Part shown: positions 26,130 through 38,250 of the stretch, piece after piece
Layout: each line of letters opens with the position of its first letter
Position numbering within the stretch: position 1 is the stretch's first letter
From: Eledone cirrhosa
Taxonomy: Eukaryota
Assembly (NCBI GenBank): GCA_964016885.1
Contig: OZ024743.1
Coordinates: forward strand, 313,720,001 to 313,784,000
Reading direction: 5' to 3'
DNA: 64,000 bases
Program-made: the position numbers and the translations under genes
The notes under the pieces: generated by a model
The model's database searches: none
What the model was told of the DNA's origin: nothing
What the model saw: the letters and a program-made list of their open reading frames with translations, nothing else

Positions 26130-27262
26130 TTTGGAGGAATCTAGATGGACAACAAATTACCTCCAGCCTCGGGGTCGCCGACCGCACGGAACCTCTCAAC
26201 CCACGGACTCCCTACTTCACCCTGAAGGACCATCAATCCGACTTCGACCGCAAACTATCCATCAGCCTTATGAACCAGACGAAGTCGGACATAGGGAGAG
26301 TCAGCAAAAAGATTCTAGACCGCGTTATACCAAAAGTCAAGCAAAACGCGAGACTTAGCCTCATGGTTCAGGAATATGGAGGACAAACAGGTCACCAAAT
26401 TCATCCAGTTCGACATAGAGAGCTATTACGTTTCTATTACCCTACCGCTCCTTACGGCCGTTTTGGACTTTGCCAGAACACTTACACCCATCACCGACCA
26501 GTAAAAAACATCATTTTTCACTTCAATTGGATAAAGAGAGCTCCAGACTCCCCCTTTCGAGCCACATCTGGGACTCCAAGATAATAACATCACATACCAT
26601 CTTACTTGGAGCTTACCTTCCAGGGCTAATTCCTACACGGAGGACGCCGTCCGTGTAACTTAAGTTCGGAGGAAACAATACAAATGCTGTTTACGAAGGA
26701 CCAACTCCTAAACAAAAAAGACGAACTTGTAACCGCATGTAAACACCAATTGCCTAGGACTTACCTCGCCCTCAAACCCCCTCATGACCCGGGTGGGTAG
26801 ACAATGGCTGTAACATCCTTCTTTTCCCCACTTGCCGAACAAGTTAGGGGAAACCCCAGCATATATAGGTAGATGTACTTCTTTTCTTTTTTCCCTTTAT
26901 CCCTTCGTCTCCCTTCTTTCCACTTCCTCTCCTCTTCCTTTTCCTTTTTCTTCTTTCGCTTACCCTGAGGCAGCACATCGGGCTTTTGAAGCCTCAGTAC
27001 CCCCACCCGAGTAAATTATATATAGCATTAGCCGAAAATACAATACCAGCTATATATATAGCAGCTGTTTTAGACTCTAGTTTTTTTTATTATTTAATTT
27101 TTTAACCTTCACACTCTCAGTCCAGAAATAGCCGCCGAAACGGCTTGGGCTCTGCCGTTGGGGTCTTGAACAATTTCCTATTACCCACTCTACTACCCTA
27201 AGTATTGAGTACTCTGGTGCGTTATGATCCACTCCTGGTTCCTTACGACACTTCATTCGTTA
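26130..27262 (+). mobile_element. Internally deleted Naiad-type Penelope-like element with 3' pLTR ending at (TA)n
   Basis: Frames give YFTLKDHQSDF..MNQTKSDIGRVSKKILD..WFRNMEDK..FIQFDIESYY (RT N-part), then LSSHIW..LLNKKDELVTACKH (EN C-part). The tail 27117-27262 has a hammerhead 3' half. Confidence 0.75.
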
Positions 27263-27315
27263 TATATATATATATTGGAAAATGTGAGAGATCCTTGGTA
27301 CAGTTAGGTATATTT

Positions 27316-27437
27316 GAAAAAAGGAAAAGAATGACTTCACTTGTAGCGCTAAATAATTTGATTTAATTATATATTATAATATAAAATTAAATCAAATTAT
27401 TTAGCACTACAAGTGAAGTTATTAATTTCCTTTTTCT
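27316..27437. repeat. ~52-bp inverted repeat between TA tracts
   Basis: ACTTCACTTGTAG(C/T)GCTAAATAATTTGATTTAATT and its reverse complement. Confidence 0.8.
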
Positions 27438-27438
27438 C

Positions 27439-27467
<29 letters not shown>

Positions 27468-27469
<2 letters not shown>

Positions 27470-27985
27470 AATTAATAAACATAATGAATAAAAGCAAAGA
27501 AACAGTTCCTTATATTAAAAAATTCATCAGTTTACGATCGTTTCTAGGATATATATGTGTGTGTTGGTATGTATATCATATAGATCTATGTAAAAATTTT
27601 ACAAACTATCAGAGGGAATATACATACCTACACATATATATATGCTGTCTTCAGAAATAATATTATTTCTGAAGACAGCATATATATGTGTAGGTATGTA
27701 TATTCCCTCTGATAGTTTGTAAAATTTTTACATAAATCTATATGATATACATACCAACACACACATATATATCCTAGAAACGATCGTAAACTGATGAATT
27801 TTTTAATATAAGGAACTGTTTCTTTGTTTTTATTCATTATTTTTATTAATTTATCTTGATTCTGTTTTCATGTGTTTTTCATCGAAAACATTTTGAATAC
27901 ATCTTCTCTTCTCATAATATTTGGATTACATTGATTTCTTCATACGGATTGGACACTACCGTATATTTTGGTAGATTTATCTACA
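27468..27985 (+). mobile_element. Fold-back pLTR (arms 27468-27660/27663-27854) plus 3' tail ending at (TA)n
   Basis: ~190-bp palindrome with a 2-nt centre; hammerhead at 27663-27794 (CTGAAGA..long stem II..GAAA-CGATCG-TA). Confidence 0.8.
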
Positions 27986-28149
27986 CATATATATATATAT
28001 ATAGTAAAAGAGTGGAGAATAACATGGTTGGCTGTATAAAAAGGGTTTTATTTACAGTATTAACATTAAAAACTACGCACTGTACAGGGTACTCACAACC
28101 TCTAACTGAATTACCTTAAACGATCACTTATTATCCAATATATATAAAC

Positions 28150-28598
<449 letters not shown>

Positions 28599-28616
28599 TC
28601 ACACACACACACACAC

Positions 28617-28653
<37 letters not shown>

Positions 28654-28806
28654 TGAAAATGGAGAAAGAGACGATTATGAGGAAGAAAACAATTTTTTTT
28701 TTCTTTTTTTGTCTCTCTCTCTTTTTTCTGGGTTAGAAAATGATTAAAACGAAATGTTTTACTTTGTGTGAAGTGTTAAGGTATTAGTTGATTTATTTAT
28801 TATTTA

Positions 28807-28980
28807 TGGCAGTATCGGTAGAGGGTCGGACGCCATGCTTTCCAGCATAGTTACGTCCCTTTACGATCTGAGTTCAAATCCCGCCGAGGTTGACTTTGCC
28901 TTTCATCCTTACGGGGTCGATAAAATAAAGTACCAGTAATGTACTGGGTAATTGCTGGCCTTGTGCCTAAAGTAGAAACA
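28807..28980 (+). mobile_element. tRNA-derived SINE inserted in the left palindrome arm
   Basis: A box TGGCAGTATCGG and B box GAGTTCAAATCC; flanked by an ATTATTTA duplication that is single in the right arm. Confidence 0.9.
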
Positions 28981-29610
28981 ATTATTTAACAATGGCATTT
29001 ATTTATCTATTTATCTATTTAATTATTGTCTATTACCGGTTTCTGCATTTATATGCATTATCAAATGATAGTGAAATGTATTAGTGTGGTGTCGCACATG
29101 TTAAACAGAATGTGCAGAAAGAATAATGTTATTTACAAACAAGGTTTAAGAAGTGAAAAGAAAAAAGAAAAGGGAAGAAAAAAAACGTGCATAATGTGGA
29201 ACGTAAAAAAGTCAATGTGGAAGAAAAGTTAATGTTATTTACAAGCACAGTCATTGAAGTTAAGCAGTTCAAAATGTGTTAATATCGCAAGAGTGTTTAG
29301 TTGAACCATGGTTCCGCGAAGGAGGCAAATGGTGTACAATGGTGTCTACCATTTGCCTCCTTCACGGAACTATGGTTCAACTAAACACTCTTGCGATATT
29401 AACACATTTTGAACTGCTTAACTTCAATGACTGTGCTTGTAAATAACATTAACTTTTCTTCCATATTGACTTTTTACGTTCCACATTATGCACGTTTTTT
29501 TTTTCTTTTTCTTTTTCTTTTTTCTTTTCACTTCTTAAACCTTGTTTGTATATAACATTATTCTTCTGCACCTTCTGTTTAACATGTGCGACACCACACT
29601 AATACATTTC

Positions 29611-29654
29611 ACTATCATTTGATAATGCATATAAATGCAGAAACCGGTAATAGT
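29611..29654 (+). ncRNA. Minimal hammerhead, U3-A8 core (mirror copy at 29030-29072 on -)
   Basis: ACTATCAT-TTGATAA-TGCAT ataa ATGCA-GAAA-CCGG-TA-ATAGT; stem I is bulged. Confidence 0.65.
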
Positions 29655-30629
29655 CAATAATTAAATATATAAATAGATAAATAAATGCCATTGTTAAATA
29701 ATCAATAAAGCAACTAATACCGTAACACTTCTCACAAAGTAAAACATTTCGTTTTAATCATTTTCTAACCCAGAAAAAAGAGAGAGATAAAAAAAAAAAA
29801 AAAAAGAATTTGTCTTCCTCATAATCGTCTCTTTTTCCCTGTTTTCATATATATATATATATATATATATCCTAACTCGTGTGCCTCCTCTCCACATTTT
29901 ATTTTTATATATATATAATATTTATAATAATAAAATCACTCCCGTAAGTTTTTGATTTTTAACATATTTAAATCAATTGTGAAATAACATTTCTTAGTAC
30001 AAATGCATAAATCACCGAATCAAGTCACAAAAATTCGGATCCATAATATATTGTTATATCGCTCAAATATTCAATTTTGTATTATATATTTTATATTCAA
30101 AAAAGAAAATGGTTATAAATGGAAGAAAACCCCCTCTGTCTACACTATATAGAACTGCCAAATAACAGCAATTTCACCAACACAAGAAACTAGATACACC
30201 ACCTACCCCATCACCCCGCTGTGTACACTAAATATAACAGCCAGATAACGGCAATTTCACCACAACCACCACCAATCCCAGCATCATAATAATAATTACT
30301 ATTATTATTGTCTCAAGTTTTAACAAAATGTTTAAATCCAATATTAAGAGAATATGTCAACACATATATTAAACATACGCGACACAAACGCATAGATACT
30401 ACATATCAAACAAAACTAGTCTATACAACAAAACTCAGTAACGACAACGCCACCGCCGCCACCACTCCATCCATCATTGCTACCACTATCCCATCACCGC
30501 CGCCACCACTCCTTCATTGCTACCACCACTATTCCCCTGTTAACTTAAGAAAGGGGAAGGTGGCGGTATCACTAGACAAGGGAGAGGCTAGCAAAAGATA
30601 TAAATAGATTGACTTAGTGACCTGGCCAC

Positions 30630-33600
30630 CGGCCAAACGTCAACAACTATGGCACTGCTGGCTCCCCCCTTCCCCACCAACAATATAAAAAGCCCCAGTA
30701 CCACCACCGACATAGCCAACAACAATAACAGGCAACTTCAGCAAAAAGTATATTATATTATTGTAATGCACTGGGTAATTGCTGGCCTTGTGCCTCGAGT
30801 GGAGACAATTATTAATAATTTCATTCTTAAGCCACGCAATGCTCACATTAAGGAACCACTCATGATAATAACAATTTAAAAAAAAACAACAGAAAGAAAA
30901 CCCCGTGACCAAGAAATACTGGCATGGCGGCCGGCGGGGAATAGCCGTGTCTCTAGGGGAGAACGACCCCTCTAGTCTTGGTTGACACTCGTTCTAGAAG
31001 TGGTAACACGAAATGATTACCCCTTGGCGGATAAGGATAAAACGCGACCAAATAAAGTAAATGTCTAATGATAAAATCTCATACCGGATCGGCCGTCACC
31101 CGGGTAAAAAAGGGCCGCGTCCCTCAGAGAGGAACCAGACTGGGGTCGAAAAATCAGCTAATGGTTCAAACCTTCCCATCACTTCGGAGCTGGAGACCTC
31201 CCATAACCGGAATACTCCTACTGTTGGCCCTCCATGCTCACCACCAAGAAATCCAAAGAAAAAGAGAGAAAAATGGTCAAGGGAAGATAATAAAGAAGTC
31301 CTTGAGGCTTTCTACACTGCCATGTACTACCCATCAAATACATCGAATACAGAACAGACATATATCAACTGGAAAAAGAAACATCCCGAAAACAGAGGCT
31401 ATATTAACACTAACAAACTAGCCAATATACGAAGAAATATTGTAAAAAAAAAAGTTACTGATATAGAAATTGATCAGATCAAGCTATTAGCACAAAGTTA
31501 GCGAAGGGAAAAGGAAACATGTGTCAGTGAAAACGAGGTAAATTGTAACACTTCGAACCCCAGGGTTGGGGCCGAATCACTGGCAACAGAACAAATTAAA
31601 GAAAGGATCGAAAAAATGGAGGGAGTGCATGCTCAGGATGAAACTCCAAATGAAAATAATGAGATCGTAAATGATAAAGAAATGAATGAGAATGAACTTG
31701 CCAACTTGAAGGATGAAATTATGATCGAATGGATGAAAATGAAAGAATCTGACATGGGGCAACGAGACACCCTCCCTAAGATCCAGAACTCCAAACAGAA
31801 CCAAAAGATAATACACAAGACTAACATAATTCTCAAAAACATTATCATCACAAACAAACTAAACATTACTGATTTAAATCATCTCTATTATGCATAGGCT
31901 AAAGTCACCACTCACTTATGTGGAGTGAAGATGCAAAAACAAAGGAATTCCCACAAGAAATCTACTTGGCAAGATAACATCAATCGCCAAATAAACCTTC
32001 TCCGATCTGACATAGAAATTTTAAAAAACTATAAAGTAGGTGAACATGTTAAACAAACTAAACTTAGAAAATTGAAAAGAAAGTACAGTACAAAATCAAC
32101 AAGTGACATAGACATGCTGATAGAAATAATCAAGCAAAAAGTGTCGGCCAAAGCTGCTCGTATAAGGCGCTTTGAAAAACAATCTAGATTCTATAAGGAC
32201 AATAATATGTTCAAAAACAACCAAAGAAACTTCTACAGAAAAATTGGTGAGTCAGCAATAACTGCTAAATCAATACCACCCAAGGAGGAAGTGCAAGAAT
32301 TCTGGGAAAAGATCTGGGCCGAAGAAAAAGTACATAACATACATGCCCCATGGATAGACAGACAAATGAAAGATACAGCTCACCTTGAGGAACAAATATG
32401 CATTACATTCCTGCTTCCGAAGAATGATGAGACAAACAATCCCCAAAATACAGACCGATAACTTGCTTGACCACAATGTATAAAATTTTAACATCAGTCC
32501 TAACTGAATGTACATATGACCACCTGATAACAAATGACCTATTTCCCATTGAGCAGAAAGGGTGTAAACGAGGCTCATATGGCTGTAAGGATCAGCTTTT
32601 GGTTAACAAAATGATATTGGAAGATTGTCATAATAGACACAAACATCTATCAATTGCTTGGATAGATTATAAAAAAGCATTCGATAGTTTGCCACACAGT
32701 TGGATTGAAAAATGTTTAGAGATTTTCAAAATATCCCCCGTTGTCAGGAGGTTTTTGTCGTTCAGTATGAAGACATGGAAAACGACACTCCTTTTGAATA
32801 GTGAAACAAAATCACTGGAAGCTGGAGAAGTTAATATTAATTGTGGAATTTTTCAGGGTGACTCTTTATCACCGCTTTTATTCTGCATCGCACTTATACC
32901 ATTAAGTAAAATGCTCAATGAAACAAAACATGGATATAAAGTCTATGACAAAACCATTAATCACTTGTTCTACATGGATGACCTGAAACTATTTGCAAAA
33001 AATAATGAACAATTGCAAGGGCTATTATCCACTGTGAAGCAGTTCAGTGATGACATTAAAATGGAGTTTGGACTAGATAAATGCGCCAAAGTAACGTTCA
33101 CCAGAGAAAAGCTGCGGAAGAGTTCGGACATTAATCTTGATCGGGGGAATGTGATAAGAGAACTTGATCAAGAAAAAACTTGCATATATCTAGGTGTTTG
33201 TGAAGGAGACGGCATCAAGCACTCGACAATGAGGGAAAGGATAAGGAAGGAATGTTACCGCAGAGTAAGAGAAATCTTAAGAACGAAATTGAATGCAAGG
33301 AATAGGATCGATGCCATAAACACGCTTGCCATACCAGTAGTAACCTACAGTTACGATGTCATCAACTGGACAAGCACAGAGATCCGTAGGCTCGATACAA
33401 AAAGTCGAAAATTCTTAACCATGCACAGAATGCATCACCCTAAGGCAGATACAGATAGAATATATCTCCCTAGGAAAGAAGGAGGACGTGGGTTAATCCA
33501 GTTAGACATTGCGTTGAAAACTGCAACAATTGGATTATCTACATATCTAAGGGAATCACATGATTGGATGATCAAACTCGTTTTGAAACACGAAAGCATC

Positions 33601-34665
33601 AAAAGATCATACTCCATTACAAAAGATGCACAAAGATACAGTAATGGACTACACATTTCAGAAGTCACATTTACTGCTGAAATGGAAAACACAGAAAAAG
33701 TAAAGCAGGTAAAACTAACTGCAAAGAAAGAACAGCTACAGAAACTGGCTAAGAAATGGCAAGAAAAGCCTCTGTATGGAAAATACCCAGAACGAGCTAA
33801 CAATCCTGATGTTGACAAAACTTTAACCCATCAGTGGTTGGCATCCTCTGGACTGAAATCGGAGACTGAAGGACTGATTATATCAGCACAAGATCAGTGT
33901 CTGCCAACCAAAAATTACCAAGCCAACATAATAAAAAAATGGATGCAGCCCATTATGCCGTGTATGTAAAAAACAACCAGAGACCATTGACCATATAATT
34001 TCAATGTGCAGTCCTATAGCTCCAACCGAATACCTAAACAGGCATGACAGAGCTGCACAATACATGCATTGGATAATGTGTAAGCATCTTGACCTGCACC
34101 ATCAAAAGGATTGGTGGGAGCATCAACCACCTCCCATACTTGAAAAAGATCACATCTCAATCTTGTGGAACTTTAGTATCCAAACAGACCGAAAAATAGA
34201 TGCAAATAGACCTGATATAATATTGAAGGACTTTAAAAAGAGGGTATGCCTGCTAATTGATATGTCTGTTCCAATAGACAAGAATGTATCTATAAAAACA
34301 TTTGAAAAATTGAGCACGTATAAGGATCTGGAGATAGAAATTGGAAAAATGTGGAAATTGAGAACTAAAACAATACCAGTGGTTGTAGGCGCTCTGGGAA
34401 TGATACCTAAGGGGTCTAATGATTACTTATCGCAAATCCCAGGAAACCCGCGTATAGGAGAAATACAAAAGATAGTACTAATGGGAACTGCCCATATACT
34501 AAGGAAGATTCTGTCAATATAAGTACATCACAAGTCTAAACACTAAAGATGCATGTGTGAGTATGTATGTTCTTTCTTGAACATGGCAGACCTTGTTGTC
34601 TCTTGAGGTCACTGGTTGTGACTTGGTGATAACTCGTATGAACATAAAGCAAGGTAAATGCAACT

Positions 34666-34666
<1 letters not shown>
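30630..34666 (+). mobile_element. R4/Dong-type non-LTR retrotransposon, family A copy 1 (near full length, disrupted; 5' end may extend to ~30298)
   Basis: Broken ORF 31061-34522: N-terminal KWSREDNKEVLEAFY, RT (WIDYKKAFDS, GIFQGDSLSP, YMDDLK), CRVC..H...C zinc knuckle and RPDII..D..K restriction-like endonuclease. A 3' UTR and (TAA)n follow. Confidence 0.93.
31061..34522 (+). pseudogene. RT-RLE polyprotein of family A copy 1
   Basis: ORFs 31061-31501, 31616-31897, 31925-32461, 32467-33969 and 34004-34522 are consecutive pieces separated by stops or frameshifts; in-frame 186-nt deletion at ~32400 relative to copy 2. Confidence 0.9.

Positions 34667-34715
<49 letters not shown>
34667..34715 (+). 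repeat. (TAA)n junction between tandem retrotransposon copies
   Basis: Read directly. Confidence 0.95.
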
Positions 34716-34717
<2 letters not shown>

Positions 34718-37700
34718 AAATAATGAGATCGTAAATGATAAAGAAATGAATGAGAATGAACTTGCCAACTTGAAGGATGAAATTATGATCGAATGGATGA
34801 AAATGAAAGAATCTGACATGGGGGAACGAGACACCCTCCCTAAGATCCAGAACTCCAAACAGAACCAAAAGATAATACACAAGACTAACATAATTCTCAA
34901 AAACATTATCATCACAAACAAACTAAACATTACTGATTTAAATCATCTCTATTATGCATCGGCTAAAGTCACCACTCACTTATGTGGAGTGAAGATGAAA
35001 AAACAAAGGAATTCCCACAAGAAATCTACTTGGCAAGATAACATCAATCGCCAAATAAACCTTCTCCGATCTGACGTAGAAATTTTAACAAACTATAAAG
35101 TAGGTGAACATGTTAAACAAACTAAACTTAGAAAATTGAAAAAAAAGTACAGTATAAGATCAACATGTGACATAGACATGCTGATAGAAACAATCAAGCA
35201 AAAAGTGTCGGCCAAAGCTGCTCGTATAAGGCGCTTTGAAAAACGATCTAGATTCTATAAGGACAATAATAGGTTCAAAAACAACCAAAGAAACTCCTAC
35301 AGAAAATTGGTAAGTCAACAATAACTGCTAAATCAATACCACCCAAGGAGGAAGTGCAAGAATTCTGGGAAAAGATCTGGGCCGAAGAAAAAGTTCATAA
35401 CATACATGCCCCATGGATAGACAGACAAATGAAAGAAACAGCTCACCTTGAAGAACAAACATGGGAAAATATAACAGTTGAACAGCTGCGCTTGGCTCTA
35501 AGAAAAACCAGCAAATGGAAATCCCCAGGAAAAGACAAAATACAAAACTTTTGGATAAATGCCTTCACAGAGTCTCGTGAGCTGTTAGCCCAACTTTACA
35601 ATGAAATAGTTAAGGAGCCAGAAAAGATACCATCATGGCTAGTTAACGGCATTACATTCCTGCTACCGAAGAATGATGAGACAAACAATCCCAAAAATTA
35701 CAGACCGATAACCTGCTTGACCACAATGTATAAAATTTTAACATCAGTCCTAACTGAATACACATATGACCACCTGATAACAAATGACCTATTTCCCATT
35801 GAGCAGAAAGGGTGTAAACGAGGCTCATATGGCTGTAAGGATCAGCTTCTGGTTAACAAAATGATACTGGAAGATTGTCATAATAGACACAAAAATCTAT
35901 CGATTGCTTGGATAGATTATAAAAAAGCATTTGATAGTTTGCCACACAGTTGGATTGGAAAATGTTTAGAGATTTTCAAAATATCCCCCGTTGTCAGGAG
36001 GTTTTTGTCATTCAGTATGAGGACATGGAGAACGACACTCCTTTTGAATAGTGAAACAAAATCACTGGAAGCTGGAGAAGTTAACATTAATTGTGGAATT
36101 TTTCAGGGTGACTCTTTATCACCGCTTTTATTCTGTATCGCACTTATACCATTAAGTAAAATGCTCAATGAAACAAAACATGGATATAGAGTCTATGACA
36201 AAACCATTAATCACCTGTTCTACATGGATGACCTGAAACTATTTGCAAAAAATGATGAACAATTGCAAGGGCTATTATCCACTGTGAAGCAGTTCAGTGA
36301 TGACATTAAAATGGAGTTTGGACTGGATAAATGCGCCAAAGCAACGTTCACCAGAGGAAAGCTGCTGAAGAGTTCAGACATTAATCTTGATCGGGGGAAC
36401 GTGATAAGAGAGCTTGATCAAGAACAAACTTACAAATATCTAGGTGTTTGTGAAGGAGACGGAATCAAGCACTCGACAATGAGGGAAAGGATAAGGAAGG
36501 AATGTTACCGCAGAGTCAGAGCAATCTTAAGAACGGAATTGAATGCAAGGAATAGGATCGATGCCATAAACACGCTTGCCATACCAGTAGTAACCTACAG
36601 TTACAATGTCATCAACTGGTCAAGCACAGAGATCCGTAGGCTCGATACAAAAATCCGAAAATTCTTAACCATGCACAGAATGCATCACCCTAAGGCAGAT
36701 ACAGATAGAATATATCTCCCTAGGAAAGAAGGAGGACGTGGGTTAATCCAGTTAGACATTGCGTTGAAAACTGCAACAATTGGATTATCCACATATCTAA
36801 GGGAATCACATGATTGGATGATCAAACTCGTTTTGAAACACGAAAGCACCAAAAGATCATATTCCATTACAAAAGATGCACAAAGATACAGTAATGGACT
36901 ACAAATTTCAGAAGTCCCATTTACTGCTGAAATGGAAAACACAGCAAAAGCAAAGCAGGTAAAAGTAACTGCAAAGAAAGAACTGCTACAGAAACTGGCT
37001 AAGAAATGGCAAGAAAAGCCTCTGTATGGAAAATACCCAGAACGAGCTAACAATCCTGATGTTGACAAAACTTTAACCCATCAGTGGTTGGCATCCTCTG
37101 GACTGAAATCGGAGACTGAAGGACTGATTATATCAGCACAAGATCAGTGTCTGCCAACAAAAAATTACCAAGCCAACATAATAAAAAATGGGTGCAGCCC
37201 ATTATGCCGTGTATGCAAAAAACAACCAGAGACCATTGACCATATAATTTCAATGTGCAGTCCTATAGCTCCAACCGAATACCTAAACAGGCATGACAGA
37301 GCTGCACAATACATACATTGGATAATGTGTAAGCATTTTGACCTGCCCCATCAAAAGAATTGGTGGGAGCATCAACCACCTCCCATACTTGAAAAAGATC
37401 ACATCTCAATCTTGTGGAACTTTAGCATCCAAACAGACCGAAAAATAGATGCAAATAGACCTGATATAATATTGAAGGACTTTCAAAGGAGGGTATGCCT
37501 GCTAATTGATATGTCTGTTCCAATAGACAAGAATGTATCTATAAAAACATTTGAAAAATTGAGCAAGTATAAGGACCTGGAGATAGAAATTGGAAAAATG
37601 TGGAAATTGAGAACTAAAACAATACCAGTGGTTGTAGGCGCTCTGGGAATGATACCTAAGGGGTCTAATGATTACTTATCGCAAATCCCAGGAAACCCGC

Positions 37701-37910
37701 GTATAGGAGAAATACAAAAGATAGTACTAATGGGAACTGCCCATATACTAAGGAAGATCCTGTCAATATAAGTACATCACAAGTCTAAACACTAAGGATG
37801 CATGTGTGAATATGTATGTTCTTTCTTGAACATGGCGGACCTTGTTGTCTCTTGAGGTCACTGGTTGTGACTTGGTGATAACTCGTATAAACATAAAGCA
37901 AGATAAATGC
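34713..37910 (+). mobile_element. R4/Dong-type family A copy 2 (5'-truncated)
   Basis: Begins at the equivalent of ~31649 in copy 1; one frameshift near 35310; same 3' UTR; (TAA)n at 37912-37930. Confidence 0.95.
35354..37771 (+). CDS. Reverse transcriptase plus CCHC zinc knuckle plus restriction-like endonuclease (uninterrupted 805-aa frame of a truncated copy)
   Basis: WKSPGKDKI, NYRPITCL, EQKGC, YKKAFDS, QGDSLSP, YMDD, CRVCKKQPETIDHIISMC, RHD, RPDIILKD, LLIDMSVP, KLSKYKDL. Confidence 0.9.
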   Translation: MQEFWEKIWAEEKVHNIHAPWIDRQMKETAHLEEQTWENITVEQLRLALRKTSKWKSPGKDKIQNFWINAFTESRELLAQLYNEIVKEPEKIPSWLVNGITFLLPKNDETNNPKNYRPITCLTTMYKILTSVLTEYTYDHLITNDLFPIEQKGCKRGSYGCKDQLLVNKMILEDCHNRHKNLSIAWIDYKKAFDSLPHSWIGKCLEIFKISPVVRRFLSFSMRTWRTTLLLNSETKSLEAGEVNINCGIFQGDSLSPLLFCIALIPLSKMLNETKHGYRVYDKTINHLFYMDDLKLFAKNDEQLQGLLSTVKQFSDDIKMEFGLDKCAKATFTRGKLLKSSDINLDRGNVIRELDQEQTYKYLGVCEGDGIKHSTMRERIRKECYRRVRAILRTELNARNRIDAINTLAIPVVTYSYNVINWSSTEIRRLDTKIRKFLTMHRMHHPKADTDRIYLPRKEGGRGLIQLDIALKTATIGLSTYLRESHDWMIKLVLKHESTKRSYSITKDAQRYSNGLQISEVPFTAEMENTAKAKQVKVTAKKELLQKLAKKWQEKPLYGKYPERANNPDVDKTLTHQWLASSGLKSETEGLIISAQDQCLPTKNYQANIIKNGCSPLCRVCKKQPETIDHIISMCSPIAPTEYLNRHDRAAQYIHWIMCKHFDLPHQKNWWEHQPPPILEKDHISILWNFSIQTDRKIDANRPDIILKDFQRRVCLLIDMSVPIDKNVSIKTFEKLSKYKDLEIEIGKMWKLRTKTIPVVVGALGMIPKGSNDYLSQIPGNPRIGEIQKIVLMGTAHILRKILSI

Positions 37911-37930
37911 AAATAATAATAATAATAATA

Positions 37931-38032
37931 TTTGTTACTACTTTTGGCACAAGGCCGCCAAATACCCAGTTCATTACTGGTACTTTATTTTATTGACCCC
38001 CGTAAGGATTGACCCCCGTAAGACAAAGTTAA
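37931..38032 (-). mobile_element. SINE 3' end, antisense, directly after the retrotransposon (TAA)n
   Basis: RC: ..GGGGTCAATAAAATAAAGTACCAGTAATGAACTGGGTA..GGCCTTGTGCCAAAAGTAG. Confidence 0.8.
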
Positions 38033-38178
38033 TCTAATAATAATAATACTATTTATACTCATATATATAATCTATATATAATTATAAATGAGAAAGTGTA
38101 ATATTTTGTATTCCCAAATTATCAGTAAGAAAATTACCTCAATGTAAAATATCTGATATATTAAAGAGCAGAAATACA

Positions 38179-38243
<65 letters not shown>

Positions 38244-38250
<7 letters not shown>

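Larger units (their letters stand above)
28655..29905 (+). mobile_element. ~500-bp fold-back pLTR (arms 28655-29333/29348-29848) with tail to (TA)n
   Basis: Arms are reverse-complementary; the left arm is interrupted by a SINE; U3-A8 hammerhead in both arms; the tail CCTAACTCGTGTG resembles the one at ~1580. Confidence 0.8.

Noticed and set aside
34593-34715. Asn-rich N-terminus of ORF 34593-35324
   Set aside because: Read-through of the 3' UTR and the (TAA)n junction.
33435-37068. Antisense 127-aa ORFs repeated in the retrotransposon copies
   Set aside because: These are shadow frames of the RT coding strand, repeated only because the copies are similar.
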